Below are positions 1-9,699 of a DNA stretch of 64,000 nucleotides, in pieces. This stretch comes from Methanomassiliicoccaceae archaeon (GTDB taxonomy: Archaea; Thermoplasmatota; Thermoplasmata; Methanomassiliicoccales; Methanomassiliicoccaceae): the NCBI GenBank assembly GCA_963728405.1, contig CAVSJV010000017.1:32001-96000 (forward strand), read 5' to 3'. The translations under genes and the position numbers were made by a program. Each line of letters opens with the position of its first letter. The stretch's first letter is position 1. A model generated the notes under the pieces. That model saw only the letters and a list, made by a program, of their open reading frames with translations. It was not told where the DNA came from and ran no database searches.

Positions 1-11
1 GCGGATGGCCA

Positions 12-1655
12 TCAGCGACCGCCTCCCGCGCAAGCGCAAGCGCAGGCACAGGCGCAATGCCCGCCACCCCCGCCCCGAAAGCCTCCGGCCGCCGCAGCAG
101 TCGCTAGGACCGCGGGATTGGTGAAGGGGGCGATCTGTCGAGTAAGACCCTTCATGTCATCGACCAGGTTGTTGCTCGCCCCCCTCACCTTGTCGACATA
201 GTCCTGCGCGATGTTCTTTCCGCTGCCCGAACTGGGAAATCCAGGAACCTGAGACCGGCCGACGGGGATGAGGATCGGTAGAGGGAAAACGGTCCGGGCC
301 ATCCGGCCCTGGTAATCCCGGTCCATCATCATCCAGTCGTTCTTATCCTGAAGGGAGACGGCCAGCTCCTCGGGGGTCTTGGCATCGGTGACCTGTTTCC
401 AGGCCTTTTCGACGATCGCTCCATAGTATAGCTTTGTGGCGTCAAGATCGAAGCCATCCATCTTGTTGGACGTGGCCTTGATGGCTTCGACCAGGCAGGT
501 GCGGAGCCCGTTCCGGTCCAGGGTCCCGTCCGGCCTGATCGAGCTCAGGTAGGTGGTCTCGTAGGGATGCTCTCCTGTGGTCGCAAGCCTTTCCAGGCGC
601 ATGGGCATCCTCTCGTCGAGAACCCGCACCTTACCTTTCTTGATCAGCCCGAAAAGCATCATGGCGGCCACGTCCTCCAACGGCCGTTCCAACATGATGG
701 CCGCCTCTACCGCAGTGAGGTCCCGCCGCGGACCGGCTCCTACCACGCTTAGCTTCGGCTCGAAGTAATCGGACCGGGCCTTGGCCGCCCTCCTGATGCT
801 GAAGATGATGACCACCGCGAAGAACGCCACGAACAGCAGGGGGAACAGCAACACGACCAATGCGCCGATATCGCCCAGCAGATTGCCCCCCTGGTTGTTC
901 GGGTCGGTGCTCGGATCGAAGAAGGTTGCTACATAATGGCTGGGAAATCCGGCTCCGACATCGAACGCTCCGGATGCCTGGGCATCGGGTCCCACGTTCA
1001 TTTCCTCCCAGGTCGCCACGCCTCGGCCGACCGAAGGGTCGAAGTACAGCCCGTCGAACGGCTGGTTGGTCAGGAACAACGCTTCCGAGAGATTGGTCAT
1101 GCCCGCCGGAAGGAGGATCGATGCGTTCAGCAGCCCGGTCGGCCCGACCTGGTACTGGGAATTGAACCAGGTGGGAACGAACTTGACCCCGGCGGTCCCT
1201 GGTACCGCATCGTTCCGGTAGACCATGTGCGGATTGTTGACATGGAACATCAATATGAACGAGCCGGTGGACTGTATCGCGGCCATCGTGGCCCCGTCGA
1301 ACTCCACGGCTATACCGACCGGTATGAATGGCGAGGTACGGATCGAGCTGGGGGAGAATGTCGAGCTTCCGACGATGATCGTGGCCGAGGCCGTCTGGAG
1401 ATCGTACAGGTCATTCGGCATGCCGATGTCCACCCCGTCCAGGGACTGCACGTCCGCGAACCGAAAGAGATAATCAATGTTCACGCTGCCGTCCTGCTGG
1501 ACGGTGACATTGACCCGTTCTTCAGGCAGGGAGAACGAGGGGGCCGCTAGGGCCGTTCCTACCGGGCCTGAAGGGAGCGTAAGCGAGACGAGGAACATTG
1601 AGGAGATCAGAACAGTTACCAGGACCAGGGACCTCCAGCGGTCAGACCTCACCAT
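12..1655 (-). CDS. Membrane-anchored protein (DUF2207-like architecture) with C-terminal Gly-rich and (Cys-Ala)5-GGGR tail
   Basis: Signal peptide, extracellular domain, one TM helix, cytoplasmic domain, ending GGGGGHCACACACACAGGGR. ATG at 1655 overlaps the end of the upstream gene. Confidence 0.75.
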   Translation of the reverse strand: MVRSDRWRSLVLVTVLISSMFLVSLTLPSGPVGTALAAPSFSLPEERVNVTVQQDGSVNIDYLFRFADVQSLDGVDIGMPNDLYDLQTASATIIVGSSTFSPSSIRTSPFIPVGIAVEFDGATMAAIQSTGSFILMFHVNNPHMVYRNDAVPGTAGVKFVPTWFNSQYQVGPTGLLNASILLPAGMTNLSEALFLTNQPFDGLYFDPSVGRGVATWEEMNVGPDAQASGAFDVGAGFPSHYVATFFDPSTDPNNQGGNLLGDIGALVVLLFPLLFVAFFAVVIIFSIRRAAKARSDYFEPKLSVVGAGPRRDLTAVEAAIMLERPLEDVAAMMLFGLIKKGKVRVLDERMPMRLERLATTGEHPYETTYLSSIRPDGTLDRNGLRTCLVEAIKATSNKMDGFDLDATKLYYGAIVEKAWKQVTDAKTPEELAVSLQDKNDWMMMDRDYQGRMARTVFPLPILIPVGRSQVPGFPSSGSGKNIAQDYVDKVRGASNNLVDDMKGLTRQIAPFTNPAVLATAAAAGGFRGGGGGHCACACACACAGGGR

Positions 1656-2017
1656 TTCGGCGCCTCCTCCAATGCGTAGATGCTTCCACAGTAGGGGCAC
1701 TTCACTACGACACCGCCGGAAACGACGCTCAGGTCCTTGTCAGCCAGGGGCGCTCCGCAGGAACGGCAGGTCAACTGCTTCTGCTGCAGCTGCCCCGAAC
1801 CGCTCATCTGGACGTTGAATGTCTGATTGAGCAGCTTGGGCTTGGCAGCCTCTACCTTATCACTTCGATATACATAGAACAACAGGAGTACAGCGATGAG
1901 GATGAAGACCCCCCCGATCACAATATTCTCCACCCCGGACGCGATTATGAATATCCCCGCTAGCAATATCAGGAAAATGGCTATGAAGACCAGGAAGGCG
2001 CTGAGTATTCGGTTCAA
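1649..2017 (-). CDS. Two-TM membrane protein with C-terminal zinc ribbon
   Basis: Two hydrophobic helices, then CRSCG...CPYCG. TTG start preceded by GGAGAGG. Confidence 0.75.
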   Translation of the reverse strand: MNRILSAFLVFIAIFLILLAGIFIIASGVENIVIGGVFILIAVLLLFYVYRSDKVEAAKPKLLNQTFNVQMSGSGQLQQKQLTCRSCGAPLADKDLSVVSGGVVVKCPYCGSIYALEEAPKW

Positions 2018-2083
2018 ACCCTCTCCCCTTGTGGATGGGGTTTTCCGCGCTATAAAGTGATTGTTCCACCTCATCGAATGCTG

Positions 2084-2956
2084 TCATCTGTTGCCATGGT
2101 CCAGCCCAACGAGCTTAGCGCTGATCTCCCACAGCCTCTTGGCGGCCTCGGGGTCGGTCGCCTTGTCGGAGGGTCGGCGGGGCTTGTTGCGGACGAAGTA
2201 CTTGCCGCTGACCCCCTCCACCTCCGGCGAGGAGGCCAAGTAGATGGAAGTCCGGGCCCCGGTACGTGGGCCGATCTCGAACGGCCGGACCAGGTACATA
2301 CCGAACCTGAACGGCCCATTTAGCTCATCGCCGAAATGGGTCCTCACACTCCCCGGATGCAAAGTGTTGGCGGTGACCCCCGTTCCGGCCAGTCGCCGGG
2401 CCAGCTCATAGGTGAAAAGGATGTTGGCCAGCTTAGCTTGGCTGTAGGCTTTGAAGGGACGATAGCCCTTATTCAGCATGAGATCGTCGAAGTGCATGGT
2501 GCCGGCCAGATGAGCTGCCGAGCTGACGGTTATCACCCTCGATGGAGCGGAGGTCTTCAACCGGTCAAGCAGCAGGTTGGTGAGAAGGAAGGGGGAGAGA
2601 TGATCGAGGGCGAAGGTGTACTCGTACCCGTCCACGGTCAGGCGGCGATCCCCCACGATCGTTCCGGCATTGTTGATCAGGGCGTCCAGACGAGGGACGG
2701 AGCTTACGATACCAGCGGCAAGCCCCCGCACCTCGGCCATCGATGATAGGTCCGCCTTCATGATGAGGTGATCGCCGGGGCCCGTCTCGCTCGTTAGCAG
2801 CTCCATCGTGGCCGCCAATCGCTCTTCGCTCCTCCCGACCAAGATCAGCCTAGCGCCCTTGCCGGCGAGGCCGAGAGCGGTGGCCTTCCCGATACCGGCG
2901 GTGGCGCCGGTGATCAGGACGGTCTTCCCCTCCATTTCCCTAGAACTAGACATCAT
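2084..2956 (-). CDS. Short-chain dehydrogenase/reductase (retinol dehydrogenase-like)
   Basis: TGATAGIG, NNAG, YSQAK (YxxxK) and LHPG motifs. Confidence 0.9.
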   Translation of the reverse strand: MMSSSREMEGKTVLITGATAGIGKATALGLAGKGARLILVGRSEERLAATMELLTSETGPGDHLIMKADLSSMAEVRGLAAGIVSSVPRLDALINNAGTIVGDRRLTVDGYEYTFALDHLSPFLLTNLLLDRLKTSAPSRVITVSSAAHLAGTMHFDDLMLNKGYRPFKAYSQAKLANILFTYELARRLAGTGVTANTLHPGSVRTHFGDELNGPFRFGMYLVRPFEIGPRTGARTSIYLASSPEVEGVSGKYFVRNKPRRPSDKATDPEAAKRLWEISAKLVGLDHGNR

Positions 2957-3151
2957 GTTCGAACGCCTCCCAAGCCCTGTACCCAGAGATCTTATGCATT
3001 CTCATTAATAAAAAAGAATGGTTCGACCATTCTGCTGGCTAGGCCTGCCCCGCCTAATTATCTTGTGTGATAATCGAATGCAAAACCACATCAAAGATAC
3101 GAGCGTCGTATCGTCTAGCTCTGTCAAATCAGAGAGGGATGTGTAATAAAA

Positions 3152-4789
3152 ATGAATATACCAAAACTAGCGGCAGCTTTCGCGGTAATGGCTTTGCTGT
3201 TGCCGGGATTGTTGCTAATATCCAACATTCCGACCGCTTCGGCCGCAGCTCCCGAGATAGGGAGGGTGACCGTATCCGGCCCTGACATCCTTGTGGACGG
3301 TGTCAAGCCGGTCCACCCGTTCTTTGGCGTGTGCGATACCACCGCCTTGGCGTTCGCGATCGACAACTACATCAACGGCAACACTGCGGTCGCCGGATGG
3401 ACGTCGGTCTTCAACACTCCGGATACAGGGGGCCATGTGCCCGTTACACCCAATGATACCCCAGACAAGTTCTGGAACCAGTACTTCGCTCAGATGAAGT
3501 ACTACGGTGTCAACCTCGTGCGCATAGGCGCCGGGGACACCTGGGGCACTGAACTACAGTATAATGCATGGATGAACCACCGCGAACAGTACTTCGACCT
3601 GCTGCACAGCATGAGCTATTACGCTCAGGCTAATGGCGTCTGGCTGTGCTTCGTGGTGGCTGGTGCTCAGGAGTACCCCACCGCCTACTACGGCGGATCG
3701 GGATCGGTGTTCGACCCGTCCTCCTCGGCCTTCGCCAACTACGTGACCTACGCTAAGGCCACAATGGTGGAGCTAGAGCACGAGAACGCCATCGCTACGT
3801 ACGACCTGTTCAACGAGCCAGACCATAACAATGTAAATGCCAACTACTGGCATGGCAACAAGGTTCAGTTCAACACCTGGGCCAACGCCGTGGCCGACGC
3901 CACCGCTGGCGTGTCGAGCCACCCCCGCAACATGGGAGTGGCCGCCTTCGGTAACCTGTTCGGCATGAACCAGGAGGACTTCAACCTCGCCACCGGCAAC
4001 ACCCGGTTCGAGATCCTCCACCGCCACTACTACGGCTCTAACAGCGATCCGTACAACTTCCAGGCCCCCGAACAGTGGGCTGACGCGGTAGGCAAGCCCC
4101 TCCTGTGGGGCGAGCTGGCCAACAACGGCCCGTACCCCCTGGTCCGCTACGACTACGGGGAGCAGGCGATCTGGGCCGCGGGCGGACAGGCCATCACCTC
4201 GATGGTGCTGACCGGTACCCCTGGGTACCCATACAGTGGCGGAGCGGTTGGGCAGGGGCAGGTCCCCATGCCCAATCCCTGGCCGGAGACCACTCCGACC
4301 CCGGCCGCAGTGCCGACCCCCGTTCCCGTTGAGGTCATCTCCGAGGACCTTGCCAACGGCAGCGTGGCCATCGAGGCCACCTCAACCGCGGGAGAGTATA
4401 GCTTCACCTACACCACCGGTCTAAGCGGCGACATGATCACCTCGGTCCATTGGGACTTCGGCGACGGGAACGCCTCTAACGAGACCTCCCCCAATCATTC
4501 GTTCGCTACTGGTGAGTATGTGGTGACCCTTTCGCTGACCGCCGAGAACGGCACGGTGCTCAAGAGCACCTACGCCGTGCATGTGGCCGGTGCTGCTTCG
4601 TCGGGGAATACCCCGGCCAATGGCAGCAACTCCGACAACTCCATCGCCGGAGCGATCCTGTGGGGCTCCTCGGACTCCATCCTGATGGTGGTGGCCCTGG
4701 TCTCCGCCTCGGTGATCGGCCTGCTAGGCTACATGGCCATGGTCAAGGGGTATGAGTTCCCCTTCTTCAGGTTCCGCCTGAAGCCGTAA
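3152..4789 (+). CDS. Secreted, membrane-anchored clan GH-A (GH5-like) glycoside hydrolase with PKD domain
   Basis: Signal peptide, YDLFNEP acid/base motif, HYY, LLWGE nucleophile, Pro/Thr linker, PKD motif WDFGDG, C-terminal TM helix. Confidence 0.75.
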   Translation: MNIPKLAAAFAVMALLLPGLLLISNIPTASAAAPEIGRVTVSGPDILVDGVKPVHPFFGVCDTTALAFAIDNYINGNTAVAGWTSVFNTPDTGGHVPVTPNDTPDKFWNQYFAQMKYYGVNLVRIGAGDTWGTELQYNAWMNHREQYFDLLHSMSYYAQANGVWLCFVVAGAQEYPTAYYGGSGSVFDPSSSAFANYVTYAKATMVELEHENAIATYDLFNEPDHNNVNANYWHGNKVQFNTWANAVADATAGVSSHPRNMGVAAFGNLFGMNQEDFNLATGNTRFEILHRHYYGSNSDPYNFQAPEQWADAVGKPLLWGELANNGPYPLVRYDYGEQAIWAAGGQAITSMVLTGTPGYPYSGGAVGQGQVPMPNPWPETTPTPAAVPTPVPVEVISEDLANGSVAIEATSTAGEYSFTYTTGLSGDMITSVHWDFGDGNASNETSPNHSFATGEYVVTLSLTAENGTVLKSTYAVHVAGAASSGNTPANGSNSDNSIAGAILWGSSDSILMVVALVSASVIGLLGYMAMVKGYEFPFFRFRLKP

Positions 4790-4799
4790 ACACATTCCT

Positions 4800-4832
4800 C
4801 AACCTTTTCCTTTTTTTATTCTCCTCTTTTTC
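4800..4832 (+). terminator. T-rich archaeal terminator
   Basis: CCTTTTCCTTTTTTTATTCTCCTCTTTTT directly after the GH5 stop. Confidence 0.5.
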
Positions 4833-4853
4833 GATCTCGATAAGGATCGTCCT

Positions 4854-5222
4854 TCATCTGGAGGTATTTTCCCGGGTGATCTCACCTTTGGCATAGCGTT
4901 GATCAAGGGCGTCCTCTGCCGACCCCCCGTAGGGACCGTACCAGTCATGGCCCCAATACCGCCGGCGATATCGAGGCCCCAAGATGACCCATAGGAGCAG
5001 ACGGATTATGAACCCAAAGAAGATGAGCACGAAAAGAAGACCGAAGAACCAGTAGGGGAAACCATTGGCGTCCTGGACATTGATGCCATCGTGCCAGTTC
5101 CATCGAACACTGGCGACGATGGTGACCAGCAGAATGACCACCAGTACCGCGATGACCGCTCCGATGACCCGCCGTGACCGGTCCATGAGAGGAAATATCG
5201 TTCCCCCGATTACTATGTTCAA
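4854..5222 (-). CDS. SHOCT-domain membrane protein; C-terminus frameshifted near 4868
   Basis: Two TM helices, then AEDALDQRYAKGEITRE. YLQMK continues in another frame. Confidence 0.7.
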   Translation of the reverse strand: MNIVIGGTIFPLMDRSRRVIGAVIAVLVVILLVTIVASVRWNWHDGINVQDANGFPYWFFGLLFVLIFFGFIIRLLLWVILGPRYRRRYWGHDWYGPYGGSAEDALDQRYAKGEITRENTSR

Positions 5223-5289
5223 TGGCCCGAGTACAACAAGGCCACGGTGCGCAGCTTCCCGAGATCAGCAGGTCCGGTGCAATATGGCC

Positions 5290-5510
5290 ACGAACCGATG
5301 TTTCCTCTTTATGCATCATCTCGATGGCCCCCTGGGTCGATCTCACGATGAGCCCGTAGGGAGCCAGCATCCCCTTGGCCACGGGGTCCGTTGCTGCATG
5401 GACTTGTATCCCGCACCGACGATCACCACCTCGGGTCACCGCCCAGATGAGGGTGGAGCCAAGGGTGCCGCCGATCTGGTAGGAGTTGGCGAAGCCCTTG
5501 CCTCTCATGT
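5290..5510 (-). pseudogene. Possible Mth938/DUF498-like remnant
   Basis: Fragments PEVVIVGAGYK and LIVRSTQGAIEM lie in different frames. Confidence 0.3.
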
Positions 5511-5669
5511 GCACGGCCAGGATATGGGAAGGCCCCAGGAAGGCCGATGATTCGAGGATGGCCGATCTCAGATCGCGATCGCCCCATTTCCCTGCCACCA
5601 TGGCGGCGATATGCCGGGGGGGAGAAAAAAAGCTACCTCTTTTTTTGAAGGCGAGAGTCCTTGCGAAGA

Positions 5670-5954
5670 TCACTGACCGCTCTGCCCTTGATCGTTGCAG
5701 TGCTTCCGTCCGAAATAGACCTTCGGGCCTACCAGGACCATGATGAGGGCGATGGCGTTCCAGATGATGATGGGCGCGTCCCCCTTGAACAACCCGTATA
5801 GCAGCCATAGGAACATGCCCAGGCTCAGCAGGAGAGGCATGAGCAGGGAGACCTCATCCATCCTCTTGGTGCGCAGGCTCTTTATGATCTGAGGCACGAA
5901 CCCTAAGGTGGTCAGGAACCCGGCGGCGAGGCCCAGGGAGAGCCATTCATCCAT
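5670..5954 (-). CDS. SemiSWEET / PQ-loop family transporter
   Basis: LTTLGFVPQIIKSLRTK, LWLLYG and PIIIWN motifs; three TM helices. Confidence 0.85.
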   Translation of the reverse strand: MDEWLSLGLAAGFLTTLGFVPQIIKSLRTKRMDEVSLLMPLLLSLGMFLWLLYGLFKGDAPIIIWNAIALIMVLVGPKVYFGRKHCNDQGQSGQ

Positions 5955-6072
5955 GAAGGGGCGATCCGTGGCCATTAGTTGGAACTTTCTGTGTCTGGAA
6001 CCACTCGGAGCGGACGAAGTTTTCAGGCCAAAAGTATGTCAACCGCTGACCGCATTGTTCATCGAGGATCGA

Positions 6073-7008
6073 ATGGTCTACATCCGGGCGAACGGCGTCG
6101 TCCTCAACATAGGGCTGCGGGGAAGGGGGGAGCCAGTGGTGCTCATCTCGGACATCGGTGAGGACCTCACATCCTGGGGCTTACAATCGCCATCCTTCGG
6201 CGGCCTTCATTTCCTGATGCAGGTGGACAATCGTGGCTCAGGATGGTCGGAATGCCCTGATAGCTGCCCCATCGATGCCATGGCCAGGGACATCGTCTGC
6301 CTCATGGACCTGATCGGTGTCGACCGCACCCACCTGGTGGGACTGGGTCTCGGCGGCATGATCGCCCTGGAGATCACCCTGCAACGACCGGGTCGAGTGG
6401 GGGGATTGGTACTGGTATCGACATCCCCGTCGATGACCTTGGATCAGAAGCTCGTCTACAGCTCCTGGATCGCCGCGGCCAAGGAAGGACAGGACCTAAA
6501 ACGGATAAGCGCCTGCATACTCCCCTGGCTATACTCCCCCTGGTTCCTGGACAACGACAACTGGCGCGAATACCTGATCAGAGCAAGGGCCGCCAACTAT
6601 AGGTCGACGTCGTGGGACGGAGCGGAACGTCAGCTGGAGGGGATGAAGGCGTTCCGGTCATCGGACCGTCTGTCAAGGATAGCCGCCCCTACCCTCGTCC
6701 TCTCCGGCTCCGAGGACCTGCTGACGCCGACGTCCTGCAGTGAAGAGCTGGCCGCGAACATCGGCAACGCTCGTACCCATATCGTGAACGCCGGGCACAT
6801 GCTCCATGTGGAATTACCAGTGACGTTCAACAAGGTGGTCCTGGAGTTCCTGGCCGAGGTGGAGGGGAGCCCGCTACCTCGGAACGGCCCAGCCCTGCCG
6901 TCCAGCGAACGCGGACCGTCGGCCCCGGGCGCAATAACTAAGAAAAGAACCTCAAGGCCGATGAACGATTTTCATGGTGGACCTGCATTACGATGCGAGG
7001 GCAAATGA
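6073..7008 (+). CDS. Alpha/beta hydrolase-fold protein lacking the catalytic Ser
   Basis: DNRGSG, HLVGLGLGGMIA (GxSxG position has Gly), GSED, AGH. Confidence 0.8.
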   Translation: MVYIRANGVVLNIGLRGRGEPVVLISDIGEDLTSWGLQSPSFGGLHFLMQVDNRGSGWSECPDSCPIDAMARDIVCLMDLIGVDRTHLVGLGLGGMIALEITLQRPGRVGGLVLVSTSPSMTLDQKLVYSSWIAAAKEGQDLKRISACILPWLYSPWFLDNDNWREYLIRARAANYRSTSWDGAERQLEGMKAFRSSDRLSRIAAPTLVLSGSEDLLTPTSCSEELAANIGNARTHIVNAGHMLHVELPVTFNKVVLEFLAEVEGSPLPRNGPALPSSERGPSAPGAITKKRTSRPMNDFHGGPALRCEGK

Positions 7009-7329
7009 TGAACGAGGTGCTCAAGATCATCCATGACCGTCGGTCGGGCGCAGCTACACTGAAGAGAACGTCCCCCGACTGCCTGACCCCCCAACTGAGG
7101 ATGGCTCCCTGTCGGCGGAGAACATGATGCTGATAGCCCGTTCCTACGGCCTAGGAAGCTGTTGAATCGGTTTCGCTAAGTTGCTGGGCGCGAGCCCCGA
7201 GCTCATGAAGGAGCTCAACGTCCCGTGGACCGCCAGCGCATCACCCCGCTCATTTTAGGCTACCCGAGGAAGACAGACATGCGGCCGGCGACCCGGGAAG
7301 AGCCTAAGATCCCCGGCTGGCTGAAGTAA
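7008..7329 (+). pseudogene. Nitroreductase pseudogene
   Basis: MNEVLKIIHDRRS, then an internal deletion, AENMMLIARSYGLGSC*IGF (Trp codon changed to TGA), and PLILGYP. Confidence 0.7.
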
Positions 7330-7366
7330 AAGTTCACCAAGGGGCCTCGGAAGGTCGAAGCCACGC

Positions 7367-7840
7367 TCAGGTGTGCTCGAACACGACGAAGTACTTCCTG
7401 GTTGGGCGCGGCAGAAGGGTCACAAAGATGGCCAGACCTATCGCCACGGTGAAGTAGGTAGCTGGATAGTCCAGGCCGATCAGGACCCCTTCCACCACTA
7501 GCCAGATGACCAGAACGGCCATCTGGGCCATCCCCCCAACCCAGGCCCAGTGGTACCCGAAGGCCCTGCTTATGCTGCCCAGGACCAACTCTTTGCGGGT
7601 CCATGCCCCGTAGGCCAGGACCAGCGAGCCTAGCCCATAGACGATGAACAGGAACAGACCTACTCCAAAGAAGCTCTGGAAGGGGATCTTTTCCCGGATA
7701 TCGGACGCGAAGCCTAGCCCGGCTCCGGAGGGGTCGCTGAGCAGGAGGAGCCCGCTCACGATTCCTAGCAGAGCGTAGAACAGTTCCAGCAGGACGAACA
7801 AGGTGACGCTCGAAGGCCTCTTGATCTGCGCGTAGGACAT
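7367..7840 (-). CDS. Hypothetical four-TM membrane protein
   Basis: Intact ORF with four hydrophobic segments. Confidence 0.65.
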   Translation of the reverse strand: MSYAQIKRPSSVTLFVLLELFYALLGIVSGLLLLSDPSGAGLGFASDIREKIPFQSFFGVGLFLFIVYGLGSLVLAYGAWTRKELVLGSISRAFGYHWAWVGGMAQMAVLVIWLVVEGVLIGLDYPATYFTVAIGLAIFVTLLPRPTRKYFVVFEHT

Positions 7841-8586
7841 TTGGTGTACCGGGGCCAGCACAGTTTTCCGATTACTTCTATCATTGGTCGACCCGTTCGG
7901 CGATCTAATGATGAACATCGTTTTCATTCACGGCCGATTCACCCTCGGTAAAGGCCATCCAAATAGCTCACCTAGGGACCTGACGATCCATCAGGCCAGT
8001 AAGGGGCAGGTTAGGAGTCAGGGCGAGAACACCTCCGCATATGGAGGTGCTGGCGGCAGTCCTGATGCTCATTAGCCTCGGTGTAGCCATGGCCAGCGCG
8101 TTCGATCGAGTAGGGATCGGCCCAGTCACCGACAACGACCATAGGGACATCGGGCTCATGAACCGAACCGGAAGATGAAGCGGCAACGGACCCCTGATCA
8201 TCGACTCGTTCCCGATGGGCACGGGCATCATCTTCGAGGTCCGCGCTCAATACTTCATACCTGCGGGCCAACGCACTCATGTCCGCGTGGTCAATTGCCT
8301 GGTCGTCCTGAGGGAGCGGATCGAGGCGTGGGATCCATAGCTTGCGCACATTGTAAAATGCAAAAGTAATGCCGCGGATGCAAAGAATGCAAGAAGATAT
8401 CTGATCGATGCGCATGGGTGATCGAAAGAGCGCTCTGCGCTGTGATCAGTTGCTCGCGATTCGTCCAACGATTGAACAGACATGTGTTCTCTGGAAACCC
8501 GCTTTTTAAAAAAGAGATAAAGCGGGAAGGTGTTGATCGGGGCCCCCCCATGGCCGGCGAAACGAAGCTTGAGTTACTTTTTGACG

Positions 8587-9502
8587 TCAGGCCATCGAAC
8601 GCTGCACCGCCCTCTCCTGGGCCGGGTCCCGAGGATTCTTCCCCAGCACTGTGGGGTTCTCGGGATGCGAGGTCCATTCGGTGAACGCCCCTTCGTGCTC
8701 CTTGACCCGAGGGTACCCCAGATACCACTTGAAAAGGTTGAACTCATTGGTGGCTTCCCGACCGGTACCGCAGGAGCAGATGACCAGCTTATCCTTGGTC
8801 GCACCGGCCTTCTCGATGAGCGCCTTGATCTCCTCGTCCGGCTTGAGCTTGCGAGTGTTGTCCGGCATCATGAGAGAAGCCCATGGCAGGTTCACCGCCC
8901 CCGGGATGTGCCCGCCGACCCGCCATGGCCCCTTGCCCTCATACAACGCCGGGGGGCGTGCGTCCAAAAGAATGACATCTTCCTGGTCCTTGGTCTCCTT
9001 GAACTCGTCGTAGGTGATGTAAAAATCCTTCTGGACCGCGGTCGTGAAATTGCCCGTTTCCACCTTCGGAAATTCCTGGGACAGGGCCTTGCCCTCGGCC
9101 TTCCACTTTTCCAATCCGCCGTCTAGGATGTAGACCCGGTCATGACCATAGCGAGTGAGACCATAGGCCATCATGGTCTGCTCGAGGCCATCGCCCCACC
9201 CTTTGAACGCACCCTTTCCAGTATAGACCAGCACCGGGGTGTCGTTACGGACCCCTACCCGCTGGTAATAGGGTTCCACAGCCTCTTTGCACATGAACTG
9301 GCCGCATAGTCCCCTCTTGGCCGCCCTCAGGAACTCCTCGTTGAGGTAGACCGCCCCGGGTATGTGTTCGGCAATGTAGTCATGGACATTGGGTTGAGCA
9401 TCAATGATGGTCATCCTGTTCGTCCAGATGGTCCTCGAGCCAATCGGTCGATGTCCACTTCACCTTTTGATTTCCGCTAGGATGGGGTTCTCTCTTCTCC
9501 AT
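8587..9502 (-). CDS. Tandem-rhodanese sulfurtransferase; frameshift near 9418
   Basis: WTSTDWLEDHL in the upstream frame, HIPGA twice, LDGG, active-site loop CGTGRE. Confidence 0.85.
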
Positions 9503-9699
9503 GGTGATCCTCGGCCACATGTTTCTGAGTCCATCTTCCTTAATGATTATGATGTCTGGGTGATGAGCCGAGGGAGAAGTTCGAAGAGCCAGATGATTCC
9601 TGATATATTATGAAATAATAAGGACTCCACCTTAATACCCCACAAAGCTATGATGATTGTAACAGAATTATAAAGATATAGAATTGAAATACGGGTGGT

